Part shown: piece after piece, positions 26,499-39,690 of the stretch | Layout: each line of letters opens with the position of its first letter | How positions within the stretch are numbered: the first letter of the stretch is position 1 | Notes under the pieces: model-generated | What the model was told of the DNA's origin: nothing | Database searches by the model: none | The model's input: the letters and a program-made list of their open reading frames with translations, nothing else | NCBI GenBank assembly: GCA_013265495.1 | Contig: MU058059.1 | Location: 434,001-498,000, forward strand | Length of the DNA stretch: 64,000 nt | From: Vicugna vicugna | Lineage: Eukaryota | Reading direction: 5' to 3' | Made by a program: the position numbers and the translations under genes

Positions 26499-26675
26499 CA
26501 AGATTATACTGTATAGTACAGGGAAATATACACAAGATCGTATAGTAGCTCACAGGGAAAAAAAGGTGAGAATGAATATACATATGTTCATGTATAACTG
26601 AAAAAGTGTGCTCTATACTGGAATTTGATACAACATTGTAAAATGATTACAAATCAATAAAAAATGGTAAAAAAA
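26499..26675 (+). mobile_element. Young 177-bp 5'-truncated L1 with a perfect 15-bp TSD
   Basis: AGAAATCACGTACCA at 26484-26498 and 26676-26690, L1 3' UTR motifs, and an aataaa/A tail. Confidence 0.93.
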
Positions 26676-27170
26676 AGAAATCACGTACCAAAGCCAAACT
26701 TCTAAAGCTCACTAAATTCCACCAGGAATACCTTGTTTTTGAAGAGGTTCTTTAGGGAAATGGGAACATAGAATGACTGAGACATGTACACAAATTCTCA
26801 AATTCTTTTGTTCATCTAATACTTAGGCATATACTAGACACTGTTCGAGCCACTGGAAATACAGCAGCCCTCACAGAGCTTATCTCTCTGTCACAACCGA
26901 GTAAGTGCCCATTCTGAAAACTCCTGATCAGTGGATGGTAAGGATGCTCATTATCATTTTGACCATTTATCCTGTGATCTCAACACCGGAATCTGAAAGC
27001 ATCTTACCTATTAAGAGACTGGGTGACATAAAGCCCTATCCATGAATACTTGACTCACCTATTCCTTTTTCAGGCATTTCCAGCTTATCCAAGAATCAAA
27101 GTTTGGATGGGCTATAGAGAGAGCATTCTGCTTTTAAAAAAAGATGAGGATGGGACCTGAGATGGGTATT

Positions 27171-27557
27171 ATTATTTTTTTGCACTTTTTTCTTTTTCAC
27201 TACAGTTTATTACAGGATATTGAATATAGTTCCCTATGGTATACAGTAGGACCTTGTTGTTTACCTATTTTATGTACAGTAGTTTGCATCTGCTAATCCT
27301 ATACTCCTAATTCAGTATCTGCAAATCTCAAACTCCCAATTTACCCCTTCCCTTTCCCCTTTGCTAACTGTAAGTTTGTTTCTATGTCTGTGAGTCTGTT
27401 TCTGCTTAGTAAGTAAGTTCATTTGTCTGGACTATAATTCGAAAAGATACATGCACCCTAATGTTCACAGCAGCACTATTTACAATAGTCAAGACAGGGA
27501 AGCAACTTAAATGTCCATCAACAGATGACTGGATGAAGATGTGGTATGCATATACCG
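27171..27557 (-). mobile_element. L1 with a 5' inversion, inserted in a MER5-like remnant
   Basis: 27171-27428 is L1 3' UTR on the minus strand and 27429-27556 is upstream L1 on the plus strand. Near-TSD tgagatgggtatt/tgagatcagtatt. Confidence 0.85.
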
Positions 27558-28379
27558 TGAGATCAGTATTTTTTAAAGTTCCTGAGATGTTTCCGATGCC
27601 TAGACAAGGTTGAAAGTTACTGCTACATGGAGATGTAAAGTTAAATGGTGACAAGTTAGCTCTGCTTTGGATTCAGCAGGGTACTCTTCTGAAAGGAAGT
27701 AGGCTTCTCTCTTTAAACTATGGGCTTAAATTCTTCATGGGGTCTAATACTGGGTATGTGTGACCAAAACATTTCACTTACAGCTCCTGCTTACTTGAAA
27801 TTCTATTTATGCCAATAAAGTACTTCCAGTAACATCATCAATAATTTGTCAATCATCACAGAAGACTCAATTTATCCTTAGGAGAAAAGGAGAAATCTCT
27901 AACAATGGAGGGAAGACTTTGGTTTTCTCCATCTATGCTGCTAAGACTTAGAAGAAAAACAAGTTTTCCAAAACGACGACAAAGCAGCCAAGAGGAAAAT
28001 CCAGTAAAGTTGCCGAGGAACGACTGCACTCTAGGGACAGAGGGGCTGGTTCATGTCTGAAATTTTACAAAGAATATTGATGGACTGAAACATTGACAAA
28101 GATTTTTTAATGCAACTTTGGAGACAGGGAAAATCATCAAATCCCTTGCCACATACTTGCCAAGTGAGATGTCTGACTGAGGGGATAATGTTTTTACCTT
28201 CTTTCACATTTTTTGGAATTACTGAATAATTGATCAACTAACAATAACTAAGGGAATAAGTAATGCTGGTATGCTTGGTTTTATTTACCAATTTCTTACC
28301 AGGTGATAACTATGAGAAGCAAATAAGTAGTTCAAACAAAGCCTTGTTATTATAAGCAAAAAATATTAAGTCATTGAGA

Positions 28380-28620
28380 ACTTATTCATTCGTATTCATT
28401 CTTTGGACAAATACTTACTAAGGAATAATATTTGACAAATATCTATTAAGAATCTCTATGCAAGCCAAGGTGCTGAGAATATGGAGACAGGCTGAACTAC
28501 TTTACAAATGGTGGCAAAAAGTGGCATTAATCAGAAAAAGAAAATATTCATGTGAAAACGACTCAGGGGTAGGATTGGGGGCAAAATTCCAGGCAGATAG
28601 AACAAAATGTTTTAGAAAAT
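28380..28620 (-). mobile_element. L2 3' end fragment
   Basis: ttcattcgtattcattc...acaaatatctattaagaatctctatgcaagcc. Confidence 0.6.
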
Positions 28621-30007
28621 ATTAGTTATCCTTACATTCTATACCTAAACATATATGACTCTGTGATGTAAACCACTCAGTTCAATGATAGAATTTCTAA
28701 TAAAATGCTTTGACTTATACATGTCATACGTGTGCATACAAGTTAATTTTAAGAACATGTCTAACATAAATAAATTGAATCTGAGTTTCAATGGAAGACA
28801 CTTGTAGACTGACAAACGGCCAAGCCTTTAGCCATACCTTTCCTGTCTCCCACAAATTAATGCAATACTATTAGTACATCATTTTTATTAGTATCGGTCT
28901 AGAACTTTCACTAAGTTTATACCCTAGTCAATTCAACATTCAAACTTCTTTTGCATAAGGAATGTAAAGCAATTTTGAACAAAACAAAAGCATTAGAGAT
29001 AATCTATGCAGAAACATGCAAAGAAAGATTGAAGACACTGCACTTACAAAATGCATTTGTTTTCTGCAACACTATGGCAGCAGGGACTTTATAAAGGGCA
29101 CTCACTCTTCTACTAGTTTACATGTATCCATCTTCATTTCGGCTTCTGTTCATTTACACAAGCCAAACATCGTACTGATATTTATTTACTTTAGACAGAG
29201 ATGCTTATATAGTCAAATTGCCTTTTCCTTAAAAAATTAAAGTAAAACAAAAAAAAACTATTGCACCATCCTAGTATTTTATAGTTCAGTTGAATTACCT
29301 AGCTCTTGAGTTAAGGATACAACAGTGTTGATTTACCAATGTCTGTTTAAACAGATGATGTGTTTACATCTATCAGGCTGAACTGCAAAGAATTCTACGA
29401 GGCAGTGAGCACTTTCCTGCTGGGATCCTTAGGAGGACAATCTAACATCTTTGTTCCCCTTGCCACTGGAGTCCTTATCTGAACCTCGCCCCAGGCGCGC
29501 CAGCTCTGTGTGCCCGCTTCCCTGAAGCGGGTCCTGCTCGGTGCATCCTCTGCCCTGGGGGGATGCTGGTTTGTCTTTTCCAGTAGATTGCGTGATAGGA
29601 AGGAGGAGCTGAAGTTTCCCTTGCAGGCGACAGATCCTTTGTGAGAAAGAAGGGACTGACCTTATTCAGAGCAAGCAGATGGTCCCATCCCTATAAGGGT
29701 CCACAGAGACTCACCTCCGTCACACAGAATTTCTCTGACAAGCAGGAGGAAGCAGGTAGGAAACGGAAGCACTGATGCCCTTGGTCCTTGGAGCCGTGGA
29801 GACGCCTGCATCCTGGAAGAGCCCACAGAGCAGCACTAGTTGCAATTAAGGTGAAACAAACCAAGGATCTGTGGAGATTCCTTAATAAACCAAACATCAC
29901 AAAACAAAAAAGCTTCCCTTCCAAACTAGAGGGTTATGATTTTAGCAGAAGTAATTCTGTTTCTATTGTGTTCTCCACAAATGACACTTAGGCATTTAAA
30001 AAATACA

Positions 30008-30092
30008 TATTATTATTTATTATTTTAATGGAGGTGCTGGGGACTGAACCGAGGACTTCATGCATGCTAAGCATGTGCTCTACCACTAAGCT
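30008..30092 (-). mobile_element. 5'-truncated tRNA-Ala-derived camelid-type SINE
   Basis: Minus strand AGCTTAGTGGTAGAGCACATGCTTAGCATGCATGAAGTCCTCGGTTCAGTCCCCAGCACCTCCA plus a (TAA)-rich tail. Confidence 0.85.
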
Positions 30093-30314
30093 TGTTCTCC
30101 ACAAATGAGCTGTGTGGAAACAGGAGACAGGATTCAAAGAAAAAGAACAGGAGTTTCGCTTCAAGAATTCCCAAATAACCACCTCCTGGGCCAGCGAGGC
30201 TGTGAAGTGAAACAACTGAAAAGAAAAAGGTATATCTTGTAGGCCACTGGAGACATGTGTCTGAGAGTTAGTAGTTTGACCAAACTGCCACTGATTTGAT
30301 TTCCATTCACTCCA

Positions 30315-30509
30315 TACTATATATAAAACAGATCAACAAGTGTGTGCACAACACAGGGAACTCTATTCAATAGCTTGTAATAACCTATAATGAAAAAGTG
30401 TGTGTGTGTGCACACGCACGTGTGGGTATACATGTAGCTGAATCACTAAGCTGTTCACCAGGAACTAACACAACACTATAAATCAACTATACTTCAATAA
30501 AATAAAATA
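30315..30509 (+). mobile_element. L1 3' terminal fragment
   Basis: tatatataaaacagat...cacagggaactctattcaata...aaatcaactatacttcaataaaataaaat. Confidence 0.88.
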
Positions 30510-30589
30510 GCACCTTTTATACCAAGGTGTTACTTTGACATAAAAAGATGGTTGGCAGATGAGTTCTTGCAGATAAAATATATCGTTAA

Positions 30590-30790
30590 TAACAGCATTT
30601 ACTAATTACCCACCATAAGCCCACTGAATTAGATACTTTACAAAGGCTCACTGCATCTTTTCAAGAACTCTGATACATAAGTTGAATTATCCTCATTGTT
30701 CAGATGAGGAAACTGGATTCAGAAAAATTCACTAAGTTGCTCCAAGTCCTCTAGTTAGTTAGCTATCAGGGGAGCAGAGTCAGGACTGGG
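30590..30790 (-). mobile_element. MIR SINE
   Basis: attatcctcattgttcagatgaggaaactgg. Confidence 0.75.
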
Positions 30791-32089
30791 GCTTGTGGGG
30801 CTGGAACACAGAAACAGCTGCTGGTATCATGAATCTAATGGCACTTGTAGCAAATAATGCCCTCATCAAGACCTCAAATCTTTATCATTTCATAAAACTC
30901 AGATTTCATGTTCCCCAAGTTGTTGATGGGACATGTCCAATATCATCTCAAAAATCAACATAACTGAAATAGAGCTCAAGTTGTGCTCACGGCAGTTTAG
31001 CTCCCTATCCCAAGTCCTTCCATGGTCCAGCAATGTCACTATTCCCAATGGCCCCACATTCCAAGTCTCCTCTCAGTCCAAGCCATGTTCAATAACGAGT
31101 TACAGTCATCAAAAAAGCAGCCACCACCCATCAAAAAACTCTTCTGCTGGCTACTGGGTTTAGACAAAAGCATGGAAGTCAATTCATCAGGTGAAGCAGC
31201 TGATAACCTAGGCGTATTCACATAAAATGTTTTAAAAGCAAATCATAAAGCAAATGATCCAGAAAAACACAACTGGAACTCAGAGCAGAGTTTACCCCGG
31301 GCTGGGGTGGTTGTAAAACACTTCATGGGAGAGGCGGGATTTGACGGGGACTTGAAGGAGACAGAAAGCTTTGAAACAATGATTGGAAAAGAAATTTCTT
31401 GTCCATGATAAAACATTCAAACTGTACAGAAGGACCCGAAGGGAAGAGAAAATCCCAGACCCCACTTGTCCTGGTCCCAGGAGAATCTTGCAAGTGATTT
31501 GTCAAGTTGACAGAATTTAAATACATGAAGAAAAAAGAAGGTCAGCGCAGACCTGGTGAGCAGGGGTGGTCAGGGTGGAGAAGAGGTTTGCTGCAAGCGA
31601 CGAATGAAGAAATGGAAGGAGCCGGCTGCGCCTCCCTGCCTTGCCCCTCTGCACATCGCAGAGCCAACCAACCACGTTCCAGGTACCTGGGGGATGCAGG
31701 CAGGAAAACATGGACTTCACTGTGGTCCTCACTGGTCTCAAGGGCAAAGTCTGAGGAATCTCACAATGACTTTGATGGGGTCTTAGAGAAGTCAATCGAG
31801 ATGCAAGTTTAATCAGGAGGAGACCCGGGGGCCAAGCAGTTCCATTAAGAGACTTTTGCACATTCCAGACATAAAAGGTTGAAGCCTTGAAATGGGGTGG
31901 CAGCAGCGGCATCCTCACAGCACAAATGCTTCAAAGTCTAACTTCATGAGCAGGAAATGATGCCAAGAGACGCTAAGCATTGTGCCCAAATTGGGAATGT
32001 AATTAAGGGCTTTAGGGAATAGCCTTTGATAAGAAAGTCTTGAAGAACTAATGGTAAACATAAAACTTTAATATTTTATGAGCTATGAA

Positions 32090-32950
32090 AGGGTGATACC
32101 TTTGTCCTTCAGAACTGGAAAAGGCTTCTTAAACAAGATACTTATATCATAAAGAGTGAAAGTCAAAACTGCATTTATTTTAAATTTTACAAATAATCTT
32201 TTCACTCAAAGACATCATAAAAATAAAAAGACAAGCCACCAGTGTGGAGAAGCCCACTGAAATGAGCCCATGAATTTTTGAAATGAAACTGCAGGGGGAA
32301 AAAAAAACCTCTGGTATCCAGAATATATAGATAACTCTTACAAATCAGTAAGTTTTTTTTTTAAGGCAGTGGGAGAGAGAAGAACACATATCACTATGCA
32401 TTTCAAAGAAATCTGAATGTTAAGAGAAAAAAAAAAAGGTCAACATCTTCCTATAAATCTCCAAGGAAGACACCCTAAGGAAAGTCTCCTTTGTTAGCAC
32501 AAGGAGATGTGTGTGTGGACGTTCACAGCAGCCTTGCTGGAAAATACCCTCCGCACCAACAGAAATTGACAGATGAATCGCTATATATTATACAATAAAT
32601 GGAATGCCATCTAGTAGTAAAAGTGAACAAACAGTACCTACACAGACCAACAAAACACTGATCAATTAACGTCGGGTACAGAGAACTAAAAAGAGCCTGT
32701 TACTATTTGTACAGTTTTGAAACAGCAACACAAGACTCCACTGTGGAGGCACACACACATACGGAGCGAAGCACGAGGAAACGTGGGAGAACGACAAACA
32801 CACACTTCACACCCAGGGTAGCACTGAGGGGAGGTACGCTCGGAGAGGGGGCACTCTGGGAGTATCTGACAGGATGCGCAATGACTGGGTACACAGGTGC
32901 TTATTACAATATTTAATGTTTTGGTGGGGCTGATATATTTCGCAATAATT
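32090..32950 (+). mobile_element. Degenerate L1ME-like fragments
   Basis: ggaaaaggcttcttaaacaagata, ctggtatccagaatatatag, actcttacaaatcagtaag, atgttcacagcagc-like motif. Confidence 0.65.
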
Positions 32951-33049
32951 CTTAACTAATAATAAAGAATGGAAAAGCAGTTTGTGACACAGGGATAAGG
33001 TAACAGAGGAACAGTCAAATATTACTTGAGAAGCTTTCAGAATATTTCA

Positions 33050-33500
33050 TGTCCTGTTCTCTTGCGTCCCTACATCCCAAGACCTAAGTCTCATCATTTG
33101 CACCTGAATTAGTATCATAGCTCCCAAACACTTGCTTCTGTCCCAGTGTGGTGGCTGACTGATCTACCGCCATCGGTCCAAGAGGCCACTTCACCATGGC
33201 ATCGTCTATTCAAAATCCTTCAGCACTCTTGTTCACTGTAAACATTCTTGTACAGTCAATAAAACCCTCCACAGCATGTCTCCACCCTTTCCAATCAAAT
33301 TCATCCAGGTCTAAAATGCACTAGAGGAGCCAGAGCTGAAGAACATCTCTCTGACCCAGGAATACACCAAGTTGTTTGCAGCTCCATGTCCTAAATGTTT
33401 TGCCTTTTCTGAAAAGTCACCCCCTACTTAAGTCATCCTCCTATTTAAGTCTTATCCCTCCAGGAAAGCCCAGCTTAAGACCCTCTTCTTTCAGAAATAT
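33050..33500 (+). mobile_element. L2 fragment
   Basis: tctcatcatttgcacctgaattag, ttcaaaatccttcagcactc, aaagcccagcttaagaccctcttc. Confidence 0.55.
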
Positions 33501-34198
33501 TCCAAAATGAGCCCATTTCTTTGGATTAGATTTGCAGCTGCCCAAGGATTTGAACCACGTGTTGCATTTCTATACTCCCCGTGCTAATGAGCACAAGGAA
33601 GACAGTGTAATTTCGTTTGCTTGTTTGCCCGTACTTGGGAAGGCTACGTATATGCCAAATACCTGACGCTAATCATCTAAATCCCTTAGGATTCGGATCA
33701 TCAAAGCAACATATTTTAACTTATTAATAAGGTGAAGGCAAATCTAGAAAAATTCTTAGGCATATTATAAAAAACATGGGTCTTGTCCATGCTGAGTCTT
33801 AACAGTTCCTCACAGACCCTTAAGGCTACACAGTGGCTGTAGCACCTGTCTGGCGGGGAGCCAAGGGCAGGTCAGCAAACCCATGCAGCTGGCCCACTGA
33901 TCGCACATGTCATTCAAGTATCTCAGAAGCACAGAGTAGGACAGAATATACTACAGGCCTGGCCAGGAACTAGGGTAAGAAAACCAAGGAAATCCCTAGA
34001 AGGCTATGATTCCATATAATTTAAAACAATAGACTGCAAAACTCACTATGAGCAAGAATCACCCCACGTGGGTTCTAACTAAGTGCCTCTACAGAAATCA
34101 ATCTCCAGCAAGAAAGTCAGTTGTCACCGCTTCTCCCCTGCCCACCCCCTCTCTCTCATCCGGGGATCTGATTCAATCTTTCAATCCTTAGTGAACAT

Positions 34199-34604
34199 CA
34201 TTCTAAGTGAAGTCAGCCAGAAAGAGGAAGAAAAATACCATATGATATTGCTCATATGTGGCATCTAAAGAAAGAAAAGATACTAATGAACTCAGCTACA
34301 AAACAGAAACAGACTCATAGACACAGCAAACAATCTTATGGTTACTGGTGGGGAGAGGGTGGGAAGGGATGAATTGGGAGATTGAGATTTGCAAATATTA
34401 ACTACTATATATAAAATAGATAAAAAAACAAATTTGTACTGCTTAGCACAGGGAACTATGCTCAATATCCTGCAGTAATATCTAATGAAAAGAATATGAA
34501 AATGAATACATGTATGTATGTGTATAACTGAAAATTTATGTTGTACACTAGAAATTGACACCTTGTAAACTGACTATACTTCAATTTTAAAAAACTGAAA
34601 AAAA
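34199..34604 (+). mobile_element. Lineage-specific L1 3' end
   Basis: cattctaagtgaagtcagccagaaagag...gtaaactgactatacttcaatt. Near-TSD aatccttagtgaacat/aatcctcaatgaatat. Confidence 0.93.
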
Positions 34605-34937
34605 AATCCTCAATGAATATTTGCATCTCTTCCATATGCAACCCTCCTCTTACCCCCAATCTCTCTTGTCCCTTGAATTTATGGTCTCACAGAGGTTGAC
34701 AAACACATAAACAGAAAATGGAATATTAAGTATGCATCAGATTCAGTGGAGACACAGAGAGGAGCACTCAATCCTCTGGGGTAAAGGATAGGAAAGAAGC
34801 CATTAAGCATCAAAAAGTGGGGGAAATTCAATAAAGGCAAGTAGGGAGGTTAAGCTATTCATATGTTTTTTCTGGGCAAGAAGGGGGAGAAAGAAGAGGG
34901 GACAAATGATTTTTTTGCAGGGGGGTGGTTGTATTGC

Positions 34938-34965
34938 TTTGTTTGTTTGTTTGTTTGTTTGTTTT
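34938..34965. repeat. (TTTG)n microsatellite
   Basis: Read directly from the sequence. Confidence 0.9.
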
Positions 34966-37232
34966 AATCCTTATCTTAGTTCAGAACCTCCCTCTGTCTA
35001 CCAGAAGACTGCAGTTTCCCTAGCCAGGAAATATAGCACAACCAAACCCATCATATGTTGGCCATGCTGATATCAGCCATGTATTTACCAGGTATTATCA
35101 GAGTAAGCTTAGGACCAAAGAAGGCAGGGCTTGAGACTGCAAGGAGAGTCAGGCAAAAGCCATGTAATTCTCAGAGTTACAGTCCTGACACAGAATACAG
35201 ACGTGCGAGCACTCATCTGTTTATCTGTTTATCCATTCATTCACTAAACCAGTGTGTACTGGCCGTTCCCTAAGTGCTAGGTGCTGTGCCCGACAGCAGT
35301 GGTATTTCATGAACATGCTGTATTTCCTTCTCATGGAATGCATGGTTCAGCAAGGAATACAGTTGATTGGATACTCACAAAAGTCAACGCATCATTCTTT
35401 ACTGTAAAAGGACCACAATACAAAGTATAAAGCACTAAACCTGCATGCAGCTGGAGAGAGTCACTGATTAAATGACTTTCCAGCTGAAGTCTAGGAAAGA
35501 GGAAATTACACCAGAAACCATGTTCCAAGGGGCTCACACAGTAAACTTCTGTGTTCCCCTGCTACCCCTTCCCAGCTCCAGATGGGACAGCTCATCCCTG
35601 TGTGAAAGAATGAAAAGATGACTTTGCTTCTAGATTAATGTCTGGGAAAAGAGCTTCAAGGGGAGCAACTGTGTCTTCTTGCTCTTGCTGGAGTCGTCTG
35701 ATGAATCATATTGAAGAAGACTTGTTTGCAAAGTCTGAGACAAGATCAAAATGCCACTTTTCTCTCAACCTGCAGCATGTGTTTTGCAAAGAAATCACAG
35801 TGATATCTAGCAGGGAAATTTCTAGTGCAGAAATAGGCTTGCCATTGTGTTTCCAAATGAAATTGAAAGGAAGAAAGCCGGGGTCCCCAGGGAAAGGGTG
35901 TAAGCTGGAGGTCAGAGTAAAAGTTAACGCAGGTCCTCCTGGCAGATACTCACAAACGTTCCCCGGGCGTCAAATTAAAAGGGAAGTTACTCTAGCAGAT
36001 GTTTTCAAGTTAGCCAAAACCATGTCAGGGAGCAAAGTAATAGAGCTGGAAATGCTCCCAGAGAGAGACTTTCCCACAAGCCACCTGAGGGAGTCACTGA
36101 AAAGCCTCTGAGCCCTCCCTGTGCAGATGGGGATACAGGAGCTGGGGAGATGGATACACAGGTCCCTGCACCAACCATCCTCTCCTAAGTGCTCATCCAC
36201 AGCTCCAAAAGGACCTGCTTTCTCTCTGCTGCATCCTGAGAAATCCTGGCACTGGGCATTTAAGACAATGCCAAACCACATGCATCACGCTTGCTTTTGT
36301 GTTGTTACTTACAAATCCAACACGGAACATTGAGAGAAGATGTAGACATTGTCCATGACAAGAGATGCACAAACTATGATGGATGAATGTGGAAATGAAC
36401 AGGTTAGTGTTGGGCAAATCCAGGAGGAGGCGGGGTTGGCATCTTCACAGAAGATCCATCAAGAGCATTGCTACCTGGTTCACAACCCCAAATGAGGCAA
36501 TGAGATCCCAGCTCTAAGGGGTTCTCACCTACCCAAGAGAAAAAGGCCCAAGAAACTGGGCCAAAGATCTGTGGCAACATATCCAGAGGGCTTCCTGGGT
36601 GCGAGCTGGGCTTCCCAAGTGGGATGTCACTTGTTAGTCAGTCATCATTACCTCCTGCAGGAAGGTGACAACAATAAACACCACCCTGGAAAAATCTGAA
36701 GTCAATAAAGGCGGAGACTATCTCCAGTTTCTCACCCATGCACCAGTTGGCAGGCCCGACTGCTTTCTGGAGTGAAAGATGTAAAATGTATGGGTCAGGG
36801 CAGTTCCTACGTAGTACCAACCTCTGTGCAGAGAAGGCAAGAAAAGACCTCAAAGGGAATCATTCACCTTTTTCACCTCCTTCCATCCACATCCCATTCT
36901 TTCTGACTCAACCACGTGTCTTCCTCTGCAAGTTTGTGTGTTGCAGAGTTACAAAAAGAGAAGTAGCAAATATATACATATGTACGTAGACATGTATATA
37001 TGCTTTAATGCTTTATACATTAATGGTATTAAGCCCAGTAAGTATATGTTAAAAGGCAAAAAAAACTGGTACTTGGTATCTCATACAATGAGTTATCAGT
37101 GGGTGTTAAATAAATTAAAGTGAAGTCCTAAATCCTCCTCTGTGTAGAACGGTTTAGACGTTCCTGTGACCAGAATCTTTGGCACCTTCACTGGGCAGTA
37201 ACAAGAAACCGGCTACACACGCCCCACGATAT

Positions 37233-37318
37233 AAAAAAAAAAAAGAAAGAAAGAAAGGAGGAGGAGGGGGAGGAGAAGAAGGAGAAGAAGGAGAAGAAGA
37301 AGGTCAAAGAAGAAAGGA
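37233..37318. repeat. Polypurine low-complexity tract: A-run, (AAAG)n, (GGA)n, (GGAGAAGAA)n
   Basis: Read directly from the sequence. Confidence 0.9.
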
Positions 37319-39690
37319 CTGTTTTCTTTGAAACTGAAGAATTACAAGTCCTGAGGATCTTCTGGAAATAGGAGACAGCACAAGACATGATGGGGTGCTT
37401 TTGAATCTCCAAGCGGCTCAGCAGCACAAAATTTTTTAGAATTCTGTAATAGGGTCTCCTTGTGATTGTGTTTCTTTAAAATAAAAATGTATAAAGAGAA
37501 CAACATATCGTAGACATAAGGCAGAGATTGTAAGTGTGGGAGGTGAAGACTGGAGAAGTGTTTAGATTTTTCAGAAGTCCTTTCAGCCCTCCTGCTTTAA
37601 TGATGCTCCTTTGGGAGCAGGGAGGAGAGAAAGGAGAAAAAGAAACAAAAGAATTTACAACTACATGGCTATCTGAAATTAACCAAGGAGAGGCAAGCCT
37701 GATTCCTCCAGAGATGAAGTCTTCATGAAAGTCTTCCAAATGAAGGCTTCCTAAAAGGAAACAGATCCTTCTGCATGGAGCAGAGTTGCTCTGCTCAAGG
37801 GTAGGACAATTTGTGGGAAGGATGGAGAAGAGAGCATAATGTGAATTTGATTCTGTCATAGAAACGTCACTATTAAAATACACATTTAGATAGCATTGTA
37901 TTATTCTTTCTGAACTTGAAATGCCACATGACACCAAAATCAGAACACTGAATTCTGTTTTCAGGAGAAGTTGCTATTCAAAGAATGTTACTTGTCTCAA
38001 CTGAGTTGTACCTGAAACGATTACTATGCCACATGTCTCTAAATGAGTAGTTGGTAAAACCTCCGACCTCCTTTGCAGTTTTAAATTTATATTTAAAAGG
38101 TAATCAATCTAGACAGCAATATGGAACAAAGGCATACATACCTAACAGAGTTAAATCAAAGTGCATGCAATTTGTATTTCCAAATTTGATTCAATAGAGC
38201 ACTTAAGCCTAGAAGAACTTAGAAAGTATACGATCACTTATTTAGTTTAGACTATTTCTCTGTATAGGCGTCAGAATATTGTGACAAAAAGGTCTTGATT
38301 TGTATAACCATGCCTGTCAAGGTTTTGGTCCTGAGAGAGCAAAGTTTACACGGAGAAATTACAGATGCTAACCCATGAAAAGTCCCCACAAGGAAAACTC
38401 AAGTTTATCATTCCTCCCAAAGCACAGTTGCTAGTGTGTGATTTGAAGAGTTTTGTCAAAAAATTACTTTCACAAATTCTTTAAGAATCCTTTTACCAGG
38501 TCATTTTGCCAATATTTAGACTGTCTATAATTTTTGAGAGAAAATATTTTATTTGGCAAACTATTCTTAGGATAGAAATACACAGAGAAATAGATGTAAT
38601 TTTTTCAATATTCTGTATGTGTGAAAGCATTCAAGTCTCTTCACATACAAAGTAGATAATCCTTTCTCCTGTATGAGTCTATTTTTGTTTTTGTTTTTTA
38701 ATAGTCATGAAATTTTAGCTCTAAAACTAGGAATATTTCGAGGCAGTACTCCACTGCAGCAACTTTAAACTGAACCAATACATCCAAAGGAAATTAATAA
38801 GGCCGCTGACACCAGATTTCTATGAACTTTTCTATTTCATGGCAGAATATGAATTTTCTGAACCATGGGTAGCTTTTGTAACCTAAATGTTTAATTTTCA
38901 TATATTTTTGCATAGACAGTCAATTCTTCTTTATGACTTCGAATTTCCTTTTGAAAAATTTTAGCGAAGAAAACTATCCTTTTGACATTAGATGAATCAG
39001 GACACTTGTATCTCTTGCTTCCATGTCACTTCCGTTCAGTTGGGATAAAGGCTACTGCTATACATGCAAAATCACATAGGCCAACAGAAAGTTGTTTCTT
39101 GAAGCTGAAATTCTGCTATAAATAACAGTCAAAAGGCAATTAGCTCCTTCCTGGTAAAAATAATTTGCAAGATGTTTGCATGGTCCTAAAACTGCTTTCC
39201 TAGTTCTAAACACTCCCCACCCCAGGGTCTGACTGCAACTTAGACTGATCCATCACCACTTTACAAAGCCACTCATGAAGACAATAAAAGCTAAAGATCC
39301 GTCTTTAATTGTGACTTTTATTACAGGTCTTTCATCACTGTAATTCCATAACTTCACGTGTTACGCTGTGGGGGAGACTAGGAGCCTCGGTCTCTCAAGA
39401 ACGGAGCTGGGCTCATGGAGGCAGGAGTGTCCAGTCTCGCCTGAGTCCATAAAGAAATAGCATCTCACTCCCGGGCGTCCCGGTCCCGGCCTTCTCGCCG
39501 CCTCGAGCCCTCTCCCCTTCTGGGACTGAAAATTCCGCAGCGCTCGGGGCCGGAAGGGAGGCGAGACCGCGAGCCCAGGGGCCGGAGCGACGCGCCAGAA
39601 CCGACAGTGTCACGGACGCAGGCACCTGAACCATCGGCTGCCCCTTCCCACCGCCTCCCGGGGCCACCAGGCCAGGCCGGGCCGGCTCAC

